The notes below the pieces were generated by a model. That model made no database searches. It saw nothing but the letters and a program-made list of their open reading frames with translations, and was not told the DNA's origin. From the NCBI RefSeq assembly GCF_002113885.1, contig NW_018407522.1, positions 318,079 to 382,078 on the forward strand: a stretch of DNA of 64,000 nucleotides. The letters are read 5' to 3'. Positions 11,717 to 22,540 of this stretch are shown one piece after another. The position numbers were made by a program, and so were the translations under genes. The stretch comes from Mizuhopecten yessoensis. Lineage: Eukaryota. Numbering within the stretch: the first letter of the stretch is position 1; every line of letters starts with the position of its first letter.

Positions 11717-13339
11717 TTACAGTCGCATCACGTGTACGGTACCAACTCCACACCCGATCCACACGTTCCCACACGCGTCCACACCCACCGCAGTAGGTCC
11801 GATCACTCCATGTTCCTGATCCAGGAGACACGTGGCCTGTGTACCATCTCTCGGTAGGACATACACCTGGTTGTTAGTGTAGTTAGGTACAAACAGTCTG
11901 TCGTACTTGTCACGTGACATCTTACAGAGTTGCATTTGACCAACCTTTTGACCTTTGTTAAGTTCACCTGTCCAGGTATGTTGGACTGTGCCTGATTCGT
12001 TTGTTATGGACAGTGAATTATGAGATATGGTCATTACTGCCACGTTTCCTGATGACAAACAGGCAATACATTTCCCATTCATACCACACGGTACTTTCCT
12101 CACAATCGTACCCGACTGGTTCAGTACCACTATGTCTGGTGTGTTTGTACTAACAAACACTTCTCCCTTCTTGTTGATGCTGATGTCGTATGCTTTATGT
12201 GGTCTGATATCAGCAATTGTTGTCACTTGTTTGTTGTGTAGTGATAGTTTATATACAAATATACTACGTGGATTACTTGTCATAAGTATGTCTGTTGTCC
12301 CGACCATGGTAATTCTGCACGGACAGAAGTCCAGTTTTACTGTCGATTTGACCACACCATCCCTGTTAACCAGTACCAGACCCTTGTATTGATGTATTGA
12401 TAACCAAGCGTGGCTGTCGTCGACTGGACATATACCGAATATTTGATTTTGTTGATTAACAGTAAACTTAGAGAGACGTTGAACGTGTTTACTGTCAATG
12501 ACTGTCTTCTCGTACTGGTTCTTGTGGTGTAGTTCACCAAGCATTTCCGCCAACATGGCGCGGTCGATACTTCCGGTAACAAAGTTTGGTTGTTTTGGCA
12601 ATACGCTTTTCACATTCACATCATACAAGGAAAGACTTGTTCTCAAGGAACTTTCGATTTCAAACATGGATACACTTGATGTGTTCGTTATTTCCGCTTT
12701 TTCAAGTAGCCGCGTCAGCTCTGCAACATTTTTCTCATATAGCTGACAATCTTCTTTGTGCGTCGCTAATCCTTTTTTCTCCATGGACGACAACTCAGCC
12801 AGCACTGCATCCGCGATAGAATCTACTTCTTTCTTTAACTTAGTCCTCTGAATGTTTACATCTCTCCTCATTGTATCAATGTTGTCGTTGAACGCTTCGG
12901 TAACGTGATGTCGCTCTGACGTCTCGTTCTTAAAATGTTCTATTTTAGCTGATATTGCTGTCATGTGCTCTTTCAGATGTTGCTTTGTTATAGAAAATTC
13001 GTCTTCAAAAGGTTTCAAGTTGTGCTGTTTATGCAATTTAGATAAACACATCGAACAAAGCAACACGTTACAGTCCGAACAATAGAGATCACACAGTTTA
13101 CCGGGATGTAGTTTACATACCTCTGGTACAGGCTTGTCTCCCTGACGGTTAGCCTCCCCAATCGACACGACGTCGTCGTTTTTAGTTTTCTTACCGCGTG
13201 AATGGAACTCCTTACACCGATCACATAAATTCTCCTGACAATCGTTACAATACCATCGTACTCCGTCTTCACTGTCACACAAAGCGCATTTGTATGTAAC
13301 GGGTTCCTGGGCACGCCGTACGGATCTGCTACTTGCCAT
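11717..13339 (-). CDS. Intronless RING-less tripartite-motif-like protein: B-box1, B-box2, coiled coil, NHL-like beta-propeller (540 aa)
   Basis: CALC..WYCNDCQENLCDRCKEFH (B-box1), CKLH..LYCSDCNVLLCSMCLSKLHKQH (B-box2), heptad region, and C-terminal blades such as RLFVPNYTNNQVYVL and PTAVGVDACGNVWIG. Confidence 0.92.
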   Translation of the reverse strand: MASSRSVRRAQEPVTYKCALCDSEDGVRWYCNDCQENLCDRCKEFHSRGKKTKNDDVVSIGEANRQGDKPVPEVCKLHPGKLCDLYCSDCNVLLCSMCLSKLHKQHNLKPFEDEFSITKQHLKEHMTAISAKIEHFKNETSERHHVTEAFNDNIDTMRRDVNIQRTKLKKEVDSIADAVLAELSSMEKKGLATHKEDCQLYEKNVAELTRLLEKAEITNTSSVSMFEIESSLRTSLSLYDVNVKSVLPKQPNFVTGSIDRAMLAEMLGELHHKNQYEKTVIDSKHVQRLSKFTVNQQNQIFGICPVDDSHAWLSIHQYKGLVLVNRDGVVKSTVKLDFCPCRITMVGTTDILMTSNPRSIFVYKLSLHNKQVTTIADIRPHKAYDISINKKGEVFVSTNTPDIVVLNQSGTIVRKVPCGMNGKCIACLSSGNVAVMTISHNSLSITNESGTVQHTWTGELNKGQKVGQMQLCKMSRDKYDRLFVPNYTNNQVYVLPRDGTQATCLLDQEHGVIGPTAVGVDACGNVWIGCGVGTVHVMRL

Positions 13340-13380
13340 GATGTTTGTTAAGAGAAAGAATACCTATACACTATGAAATG

Positions 13381-13449
13381 TCGCCATTTTGTTGCTCTGT
13401 CGGTAAAGGTATAACTATATTCTTCCTTGTTGTAGGTATGTCACGTGAT
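13381..13449 (-). promoter_or_regulatory. Proximal promoter motifs of the B-box gene (YY1-like CAAAATGGCG; E-box GTCACGTGAT)
   Basis: cgccattttg at ~13382-13391 and gtcacgtgat at ~13439-13449; similar motifs in the paralogue at ~8639 and ~8696. Confidence 0.45.
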
Positions 13450-14132
13450 TATTCAGACATGGCTAGTCACGATATCGGTCGGCCAAAAATACCCCACCGT
13501 GTAGTATAGTCTCTCGAAACAGTGTGTTCGTGATTTTATTCATTGGTCTTTGTGTACAATATCCATACTTAAGTGTAGAATAAAGGTTAAACCCCAGTAT
13601 ATTTACAGTGCACCGCGCTACGTTAGACAGCAGAAAAACCTGTAGTGCACTAGACCTGCGTAGAGTTGGTTAGTTTTGTCTACCAGTGTCCCACACTTAT
13701 ATATTTTCACAAATGTGACTGGTTAGCATGGCCTACCTGTTGTATACCAGGAGTAGAAAATGCACGGCCAGAACCCGGAACTCCGAACCCTACATGGACG
13801 CTCTACCAATGAAGCATGCTAGTCGGAGGCGATCGACCCAGTCAATTTCCGCTAAAGATGTGTAGTTTAATAAACCGAGGTTCTACGTACAGTCGAAAAA
13901 TAAATATGCCCTGAGTTAGTTAATTTATTAATCTGTTAAATCATACGAATATTCATTCTCAACAATTTATTTTCTTACATTTGTATGTAGCAGAAATTCC
14001 AATGACACTTTATTCAAAACACTTAATATCATCATAGACGTATATATTGCATTATATACGTCTCTGATATCATTAACTATGTTTCATTACCTGAATAGCG
14101 CATATCAATAATCAGCGTGGCCATGAGGTCAG

Positions 14133-16690
14133 CCCGGGCCTCTTCATTGTAAGTATCAGTCATAACACATCTACTACATATCTAGGTAACAAAAGGGGAC
14201 GGCAGGTAACATCCGAGTCTCTTTATTGATATCAGTCATAACAAATCTACTATATATCTAGGTAACAAAAGGGGACGGCAGGTAACATCCGGGCCTCTTT
14301 ATTGATATCAGTCATGACACATCTAATATATATCTAGGAAACAAAAGGGGACGGCAGGTAACATCCGGGCCTCTTTATTGATATCAGTCATCATACAGCT
14401 ATTACATATCTAGGTACCAAAGGGGGACGGCAGGTAACATCCGGGTCTCTTTATTGATATCAGTCATGACACATCTAATATATATCTAGGAAACAAAAGG
14501 GGACGGCAGGTAACATCCGGGCCTCTTTATTGATATCAGTCATGACACATCTAATATATTTCTAGGTAACAAAAGGGGACGGCAGGTAACATCCGGGCCT
14601 CTTTATGGATATCAGTCATGACACATCTACTAGATATCTAGGTAACAAAGGGGAACGACAGGTAACATCCGGGCCTCTTTATTGATATCAGTCATAACAC
14701 ATCTACTAGATATCTAGGTAACAAAGGGGAACGACAGGTAACATCCGGGCCTCTTTATTGATATCAGTCATCATACAGCTATTACATATCTAGGTAACAA
14801 AGGGGGACGGCAGGTAACATCCGGGTCTCTTTATTGATATCAGTCATGACACATCTAATATATTTCTAGGTAACAAAAGGGGACGGCAGGTAACATCCGG
14901 GCCTCTTTATTGATATCAGTCATAACAAACCTACTATATATCTAGGTAACAAAAGGGGACGGCTGGTAACATCCGGACCTCTTTATTGATATCAGTCATG
15001 AAACATCTACTATATATCTAGGTAACAAAAGGGGACGGCTGGTAACATCCGGACCTCTTTATTGATATCAGTCATGAAACATCTAATATATATCTAGGTA
15101 ACAAAAGGGGACGGCAGGTCACATCCGGGCCTCTTTATTGATATCAGTCATAACACATCTAATATATATCTAGGTAACAAAAGGGGACGGCAGGTAACAT
15201 CCGGGCCTCTTTATTGATATCTGTCATAACAAATCTACTATATATCTAGGTAACAAAAGGGGACGGCTGGTAACATCCGGACCTCTTTATTGATATCAGT
15301 CATAAAACATCTAATATATATCTAGGTAACAAAAGGGGACGGCAGGTCACATCCGGGCCTCTTTATTGATATCAGTCATAACACATCTACTAGATATCTA
15401 GGTAACAAAGGGGAACGACAGGTAACATCCGGGTCTCTTTATTGATATCAGTCATGACACATCTAATATATTTCTAGGTAACAAAAGGGGACGGCAGGTA
15501 ACATCCGGGCCTCTTTATGGATATCAGTCATGACACATCTACTAGATATCTAGGTAACAAAGGGGAACGACAGGTAACATCCGGGTCTCTTTATTGATAT
15601 CAGTAATGATGCACACAGCTACTAGATATCTAGGTAAACAAAGGGGAACACAGGTAACATTCGTGCTTCTTTATTGATATCAGTCATGACACAGCTACTA
15701 TGTATTTAGTTAACAAAGGGGACGACAGGTAACATCCGGGCCTCTTTATTGATATCAGTCATCATACAGCTATTACATATCTAGGTAACAAAGGGGGACG
15801 GCAGGTAACATCCGGGTCTCTTTATTGATATCAGTCATGACACAGCTACTATGTATTTAGTTAACAAAGGGGATGACAGGTAACATCCGGGCCTCTTTAT
15901 TGATATCAGTCATCATACAGCTATTACATATCGAGGTAACAAAGGGGGACGGCAGGTAACATCCGGGTCTCTTTATTGATATCAGTCATGACACAGCTAC
16001 TATGTATTTAGTTAACAAAGGGGACGACAGGTAACATCCGTGCCTCTTTATTGATATCAGTCATCATACAGCTATTACATATCGAGGTAACAAAGGGGGA
16101 CGGCAGGTAACATCCGGGTGTCTTTATTGATATCAGTCGTGACACAGATACTAGATATCTAGGTAACAAAGGGGGACGACAGGTAACATCCGGGTCTCTT
16201 TATTGATATCAGTCATAACACGGCTACTAGATATCTAGGTAACAAAGGGGGGCGGCAGGTAACATCCGGGTCTCTTTATTGATATCAGTCGTGACACAGA
16301 TACTAGATATCTAGGTAACAAAGGGGGACGGCAGGTAACATCCGGGCCTCTTTATTGATATCAGTCATAACACATCTACTAGATATCTAGGTAACAAAGA
16401 GGGCGACAGGTAACATCCGGGCCTCTTTATTGATATCAGTCATAACACATCTACTAGATATCTAGGTAACAAAGAGGGCGACAGGTAACATCCGGGCCTC
16501 TTTTTTGATATCAGTCATAACACATCTACTAGATATCTAGGTAACAAAGGGGGCGGCAGGTAACATCCGGGGCCTCTTTATTGATATCAGTCGTGACACA
16601 GATACTAGATATCTAGGTAACAAAGGGGGACGGCAGGTAACATCCGGGCCTCTTTATTGATATCAGTCATAACACATCTACCATCTAGGT
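14133..16690. repeat. 75-76-bp satellite array, ~33 copies
   Basis: Unit gggcctctttattgatatcagtcataacacatctactagatatctaggtaacaaaaggggacggcaggtaacatcc; starts at 14291/14367 (76 bp) and 16419/16494 (75 bp). Confidence 0.97.
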
Positions 16691-17433
16691 ATCTTCGTAT
16701 CATGGAGAGAAAACAGGTCAGCACCAGACCTCCTTATTTATATAAGACATTACGAAATTGGCAAAAATCCCTTTTTATAATACATTAATTAACAAATTCA
16801 ACAAGATTTTACATCACACGAAAAAGGCGAAAGTCCGTTTCAATGACAATGGTTTTTTTCAGGCTCAACCATGTTACCAGATAAATACTGAAAATGTATC
16901 ACATATCACTTGTATATATCGAGTTACACGGAGTATAGGAAAGAACGGTGTCAGGTCGTTTCGGTAACAAGTCGTATCGGTAACAAGTCAAAATTCGTTT
17001 CGGGATTTTTCATTTTTTTATCTTCTGTAGATACCTAAATTTAGACAATCGATTGGATAAAAAATATTGCAACTTATCATAGCTAGCCTTCTCCTTTCAT
17101 GCATTTACCATTACATGATTTTAATAACACATGAATAAATATATATAATATTCACACAGACTCAAATACCACGGAATTAGATTATCTAAGTCCGTGTAAA
17201 TACACAACATGAGTGAGTGAGTCTCTCACTCTTTATGTTTGAGATCAGATACATTTTGTGTTTTGCCCTCGGGACACTTCTTTTTTTTTAAGTCAGATCT
17301 ATTCGTCATGTCCCGAGTAGTTTTGAGTGATACTATTAATGACCTTTGGTAAAATTCTATTGTGTCTTTTTCTGTCGCACCGGATTTTTATCGGAACTCC
17401 GGTTCTAATATTCCTCGCTCCACACACTATTTG

Positions 17434-17457
17434 ATGACGTAACGGGCACTTCCTGTT
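17434..17457 (+). promoter_or_regulatory. CDK9 proximal promoter: CRE/ATF-like TGACGTAA and ETS-like CACTTCCTG
   Basis: atgacgtaacgggcacttcctgtt lies ~50-70 bp upstream of the CDK9 ATG. Confidence 0.5.
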
Positions 17458-17503
17458 TATTTCGGTCGAAATATTGAAATAAATACACACGCTAAAATTG
17501 AAA

Positions 17504-17664
17504 ATGCAGCGTGGTGGGGGTGAAGGTGCTTCGGGATACTCAGGAGGCGCCCACCCCACGAGTGGAGGACACTCATCATATCGCTACGAAGATCTAGAAT
17601 TTCCCTTCTGTGAAGATTCTGGCAAATATGAAAAACTCGCAAAGATCGGCCAGGGAACTTTCGG
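17504..17664 (+). CDS. CDK9: CDK9 coding exon 1
   Basis: MQRGGGEGASG...KIGQGTFG, donor gg|gtaaga. Confidence 0.92.
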
Positions 17665-20600
17665 GTAAGACACAAAGCGTGTCAGCTATCCAATTTGTCA
17701 CTTGTACATTGACGGATTCATGGGGGTTACGAGGGCTCCAGGAAAACTAAAACCTCCAATGTGTCTAAACTTTCTTCGAACGCTAGTTTTTAACCCCACC
17801 CCTCCCACGTTATTTCTGATCGCCGATTTCTTCCCTGGAGCTAACAATGCAGCAGTCGGGATATGTACAGTACCAGTTATTGAACATCTTAAGCAATTTA
17901 ATAGGCCTAATTGTATTTCCAACGATGATAAATTTATAATTCCCAACAGAAAGCGATTCCAGATCAGTCATGACAAATGGCTGTGGAAATGTTAGTGATT
18001 CAATTCAAATCATCAATATTGATCAGGTTACCCATTACAAAATACAATGAGGTACAATTGTGCACAAAACGTTATCAATTCTGATGTCTAACATTTTGTA
18101 AAAATGACAAACGATATCACTGACTTTGCTCTCCATTGACTTCAGTGTGTAGTCAATGGGATCATCCAGTGCAAATGTGACAGGTGAGCACAATTTTTTC
18201 TGTGTGTTATTTATAGCTGCTCTACAGAACACTATAATCAAAGGAGGTGATACAATTTGTCATTTTCACAAACATGTAGACAACTGAATTAACATATTTT
18301 TGTGCACAATTGTACCTCATTGTATTGGATTATGTTGAAAGAATGATGCCCTTTTTTGCTGAAGGTGTTTAAAAGAACTTTATGTGTTTTTATTTCACTT
18401 TATTCCCCATCTGAGTTATAAAATTGTTACTGCAAATGAGTAACTGTTACCCAAATGCAGGATTATTACCCATATGCACCGTTGTGCCCAACCTGTTGAT
18501 CTTTAATAATTTCTGACGGATACTTCAGTATAGTTCAGCTGTGATGTGAAATCATGAGTGTTTCAGTTATTTGGTGTGCAGCCATTTACAATGTACTATA
18601 TTGCTCACATTTACCTAGTTATTAAATTAATCTGAACATCAATGTATGTCTAAGAGAGAAATTAGTTAATTGTTTGTTTCTTATGCAGGGAAGTATTTAA
18701 GGCCAGAGACAGGAAAACAAAACGACTGGTTGCAATGAAGAAAGTATTGATGGAAAATGAAAAAGAAGGGGTAAGAACAAAAATGGATTTACACTAGGCC
18801 CGATCTGTGTCTGTAAGGTTCCTGATAAAATTCATAAATTGAATATTACATCCGTCTCCCTTGACAATGCCTCACTTTTGGTTTTTAGTTGAGCGTTTGC
18901 CCCTGTGAGGAAGCTTTGGGTTCTGTCCCCTGGTCGAGACATACGTTATACCAGAGTCTGTAAAAATGGTAGTTTCTACTCCTGCTTAACGCTCAGCAAT
19001 TTATAGGAGTGGGACGACTGGTTCGCCCGTTGTTAGTATAATGTGACCGGGTGGGGTGTCCTGCTGGGTGTCTTCGGCAGTATGTTTCAGTGAGGTAGCA
19101 CTATAAAGTCAGCATCAGTTCTGCGATATCACAATTGCAAGGAGACAAACACGATCATATTGCAGCCACCCCAAACACATACACTACACGCATGCATATA
19201 TCTTGCACACAGGGGAAGCCGTCCCTAAATGACCTTAGCTGTTGATAGGACGTTAAACAATACTAAACCAAACCTGGGAGGAGGAGTGGAGTAAAAGTTA
19301 GTTTTTGAGGCTACTATTGGTCGACCGTAGTTGTGCTGTAGAGGATTCTTTTAGAGCGTTTCAATTGGTTAGTGTTTGTGGGAAGAAGGATTGTCTGTAG
19401 TTCTCAGTGTTGTACGATATCTGTTGTAGTTTCTGACTGTTGTTTCGTCGTGTGTTGGTACGGCTGACTGTTGTTTCGTCTTGTGTTGGTACGGCTGACT
19501 GTTGTTTCGTCGTGTGTTGGTACGGCTGACTGTTGTTTCGTCGTGTGTTGGTACGGCTGACTGTTGTTTCGTCGTGTGTTGGTACGGCTGACTGTTGTTT
19601 CGTCGTGTGTTGGTACGGCTGACTGTTGTTTCGTCGTGTGTTGGTACGGCTGACTGTTGTTTCGTCGTGTGTTGGTACGGCTGACTGTTGTTTCGTCGTG
19701 TGTTGGTACGGCTGACTGTTGTTTCGTCGTGTGTTGGTACGGCTGACTGTTGTTTCGTCGTGTGTTGGTATGGCTGACTGTTGTTTCGTCGTGTGTTGGT
19801 ACGGCTGACTGTTGTTTCGTCGTGTGTTGGTACGGCTGACTGTTGTTTCGTCGTGTGTTGGTATGGCTGACTGTTGTTTCGTCGTGTGTTGGTACGGCTG
19901 ACTGTGATGTAGTCGGCAGCGGGTATGGCTACTAGCCCATTAATTGATGATCTTAAACAGTACTAGTCTGTGTTTACGACGTCTGTCTTTCAGTGGTTCA
20001 AATTCCCAGTCTGTTTAGCATGGCAATATACTTGTGGCAGATTTTATAATGTACATAGGATTACGGTCGCCCTCTAACTTCTTACTAGAAGGAACTTCCC
20101 TTTAGCTCAGTGGTAGAGCGTCCGACTAGGAAGTCTGGGATCGCTGGTTCGATCCCCAGCAGAATCACAAGGTTCTCTTTTCTGTTACAAATTAATGATG
20201 TCTATGGCCCTCCCTGTGCTGGCAGGGAGTAAGAACCTGGGTAAAAGTTGTGGTGTTTGAGGGCAAATACATTTGAAAGAGGAGAGCTTGAGGGTGTGAC
20301 AGAATTTAATTGTTCTAGCTTTGTGTTATGGGAATTTCCCTTAAGCTCAGTGGTAGAGTGTCCAACAAAGAAGTCTGGAATCGCGGGTTCTATCCCCAAC
20401 AGAAGCTTACCATTTTCTTCCTGTAACATACTGTTACTGGATATGATCACATTGTGGAATACTGACTGCTTTGGGCAGGATGTTTCCCTTTACCTTTCAA
20501 ACGCCCGACAATCTCCATGGTATACTAGTCAAATAAGTGTTGGGAATCGGTTAAAATTTTATGATCGATTGTTGATTACCATTAAATATATCTTGTGTAC

Positions 20601-22540
20601 CTGTTTGAACTTTATATTGCAGTTCCCCATCACTGCTTTGAGAGAGATAAAAATCCTCCAGTTGTTGAGACATGAAAATGTTGTGGATCTTATAGAGATT
20701 TGCCGCACTAAAGGTGAGAATGCCTGTCTTTGTCTAAACTTATGTTACAGTTGTATATTGCTAGGCCTGGCTTCATAATTTCCGTTACTGTATCTGCATT
20801 TTAAATTCCTTCACCAATTAATGTACATGTTCTAAACCATTATACAGAAAAATCACTCAAGGAAGGTTGGATCAAGACACATTGTCCCTTACAAGTCAAA
20901 TTTGGCTCTGTTCCGACAATTCCTGCTGTTGATACTTTCATATACGGAGTCCCTCGCTAAAATATTATGAATGAACGCAGAACAACAGCGAGGAATTTTC
21001 CAATTATATAGATTTAATGGAGAGTCGTACGCGTTGTTTACATGTTTTGACTCCAAGGCAAGTCGTCATCAGCATCAGGTTTCTGATGACAGCTCGCCTT
21101 TGAGTCAAAACATGTAAACAACAATTTCCCTCAAGCTCATATAATTGGAAAATTCTTGCTGTTGTCCTACGGTCCTGCGGCATTCATGATACAGAAAGTT
21201 GCAAAGTACTTAACTAGTAGTAACCAGTTTACAGCTTGTTATTGAACAAACAATTAGAATAAAAAAAACCTGTATTATTGAGATTATTCAGCCCTACATA
21301 CCTTAACTAGACTTGTCCATACTTTAATTTGGTAAGGTTCAAATGTGACTTAAGGGGTGAATGGGTTAAGTACCAAAAACTAAATTTGATACAATTTTTC
21401 AAATCTTGAAAATTATTCAATAAGGGAATACTGGTATGTGTATTATCTACTATTTCTGTAACCGTCACTATAGAAATTCTATTTTTCATGTGTTGTAAAG
21501 TACATTGGAGTAATTTTACAAATTATATAGGGCACTATATAAGTGTTGTATATTACTGTATATTATTATTATTATGAAATAACTAATTGATGCTACGCAA
21601 TTGGTCTTTAACTACCCAGCAAGATTAATCTTGTACATATATATGTCATATTACTTCAGTCATTATTTTTTTCTCTATTGTAGCCTCTCAATATAACCGC
21701 TTTAAAAGCACGTTTTTCCTGATCTTCGAGTTTTGTGAGCACGACTTGGCTGGACTGTTGAGCAATGCCAATGTGAAGTTTAATCTTGGTGAGATCAAGA
21801 AGGTTATGCAACAGCTATTGAACGGCCTGTACTTTATACACAGCAATAAGATCCTGCATCGAGACATGAAGGCTGCCAACATCCTCATCACCAAACACGG
21901 TGTCCTCAAGCTAGCAGACTTCGGGCTGGCACGAGCCTTCAGTGTTCAGAAGGCGGGACAGCCTAATAAATACACTAATCGAGTGGTGACGTTGTGGTAC
22001 CGGCCGCCAGAGCTACTCCTAGGGGAGAGGAACTATGGGCCACCCATTGACATGTGGGGTGGTGGGTGCATAATGGCAGAAATGTGGACGCGGGCACCCA
22101 TTATGCAGGGCAAGACCGAACAGAATCAACTCCAGCTCATCAGCCAGTTGTGTGGGTCAATCACCAAGGAAGTATGGCCCACCGTTGACAAATTTGACCT
22201 CTTTGCACAACTTGAGCTTCCCCAAGGTCAAAAACGCAAGGTGAAGGAGAGGCTAAAGGCTTATGTGAAAGATCAGTATGCACTTGACCTCTTAGATAAA
22301 CTTTTGACCCTTGACCCTTCAAAGCGATTGGATAGTGACAGTGCATTGAACCATGATTTCTTTTGGACAGATCCGATGCCAAGCGACTTGTCTGAAATGT
22401 TGTCCCAGCACAAGACGTCCATGTTTGAGTTCCTGGCGCCACCTAGACGACCGGGTCAGCGGCCAATGCCACATGCACAGAATCAAAACATACAGCGACC
22501 AACACACAACCCTGACCTCCATGTGGAGCGAGTGTACTAG
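17504..22540 (+). CDS. CDK9: Cyclin-dependent kinase 9 (P-TEFb kinase), 396 aa; join(17504-17664,18689-18770,20623-20713,21684-22540)
   Basis: Spliced frame gives FPFCEDSGKYEKLAKIGQGTFG/EVFKA..KKVLMENEKEG/FPITALREIKILQLL..CRTK/ASQYNR..HRDMKAAN..DFGLAR..YTNRVVTLWYRPPE. All introns are GT-AG with compatible phases; total 1191 nt. Confidence 0.97.
18041..18326. mobile_element. Fold-back MITE in CDK9 intron 1
   Basis: aatacaatgaggtacaattgtgcacaaaa... is mirrored by ...ttttgtgcacaattgtacctcattgtatt; ~80-bp imperfect arms. Confidence 0.8.
18689..18770 (+). CDS. CDK9: CDK9 coding exon 2
   Basis: tgcag|G EVFKARDRKTKRLVAMKKVLMENEKEG|gtaaga. Confidence 0.96.
18875..19273 (+). mobile_element. tRNA-derived SINE, probably Meta/MESC-type core
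   Basis: Decayed A/B boxes, core aaaaatggtagtt..ctcctgcttaacgctcagca, body tttcagtgaggtagcactataaa, tail gctgttgataggacgttaaac(aaacc)n. Family assigned from memory. Confidence 0.65.
19433..19905. repeat. 31-bp minisatellite, ~15 near-identical copies (CDK9 intron 2)
   Basis: Unit ctgactgttgtttcgtcgtgtgttggtacgg; starts at 19433, 19464 and onward. Confidence 0.97.
20033..20428 (+). mobile_element. Miniature non-autonomous LTR retrotransposon with tRNA-like LTRs (Ajax/Cassandra-like architecture)
   Basis: LTR1 20033-20188 (TGTGGCAGA..TCTGTTACA) and LTR2 20295-20428 (TGTGACAGA..CCTGTAACA), each with agctcagtggtagag and ggttc(g/t)atccc. Purine tract before LTR2; TACT on both flanks. Confidence 0.75.
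20623..20713 (+). CDS. CDK9: CDK9 coding exon 3 (PITALRE)
   Basis: tgcag|FPITALREIKILQLLRHENVVDLIEICRTK|gtgag. Confidence 0.97.
20966..21190. mobile_element. Palindromic element in CDK9 intron 3, probably inverted Penelope-like LTR fragments
   Basis: 21034-21072 is the near reverse complement of 21083-21121; outer arms gaattttccaattatat / atataattggaaaattc. Confidence 0.7.
21684..22540 (+). CDS. CDK9: CDK9 coding exon 4
   Basis: tgtag|..SQYNRFKSTFFLIFEFCEHDLAG.. to HVERVY-TAG. Confidence 0.97.

Noticed and set aside
14133-16690. CRISPR-like array
   Set aside because: Units abut with no unique spacers, there are no cas genes and the context is eukaryotic; it is a satellite. The same holds for the 31-, 41- and 48-bp arrays.
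19433-19905. Hammerhead-bearing satellite (minus strand has gacGAAAC..GTC)
   Set aside because: No CUGANGA box or stem II on that strand.
20091-20405. Two functional tRNA genes
   Set aside because: A/B boxes are present but acceptor and anticodon stems are broken; better explained as LTR-embedded tRNA-derived sequence.
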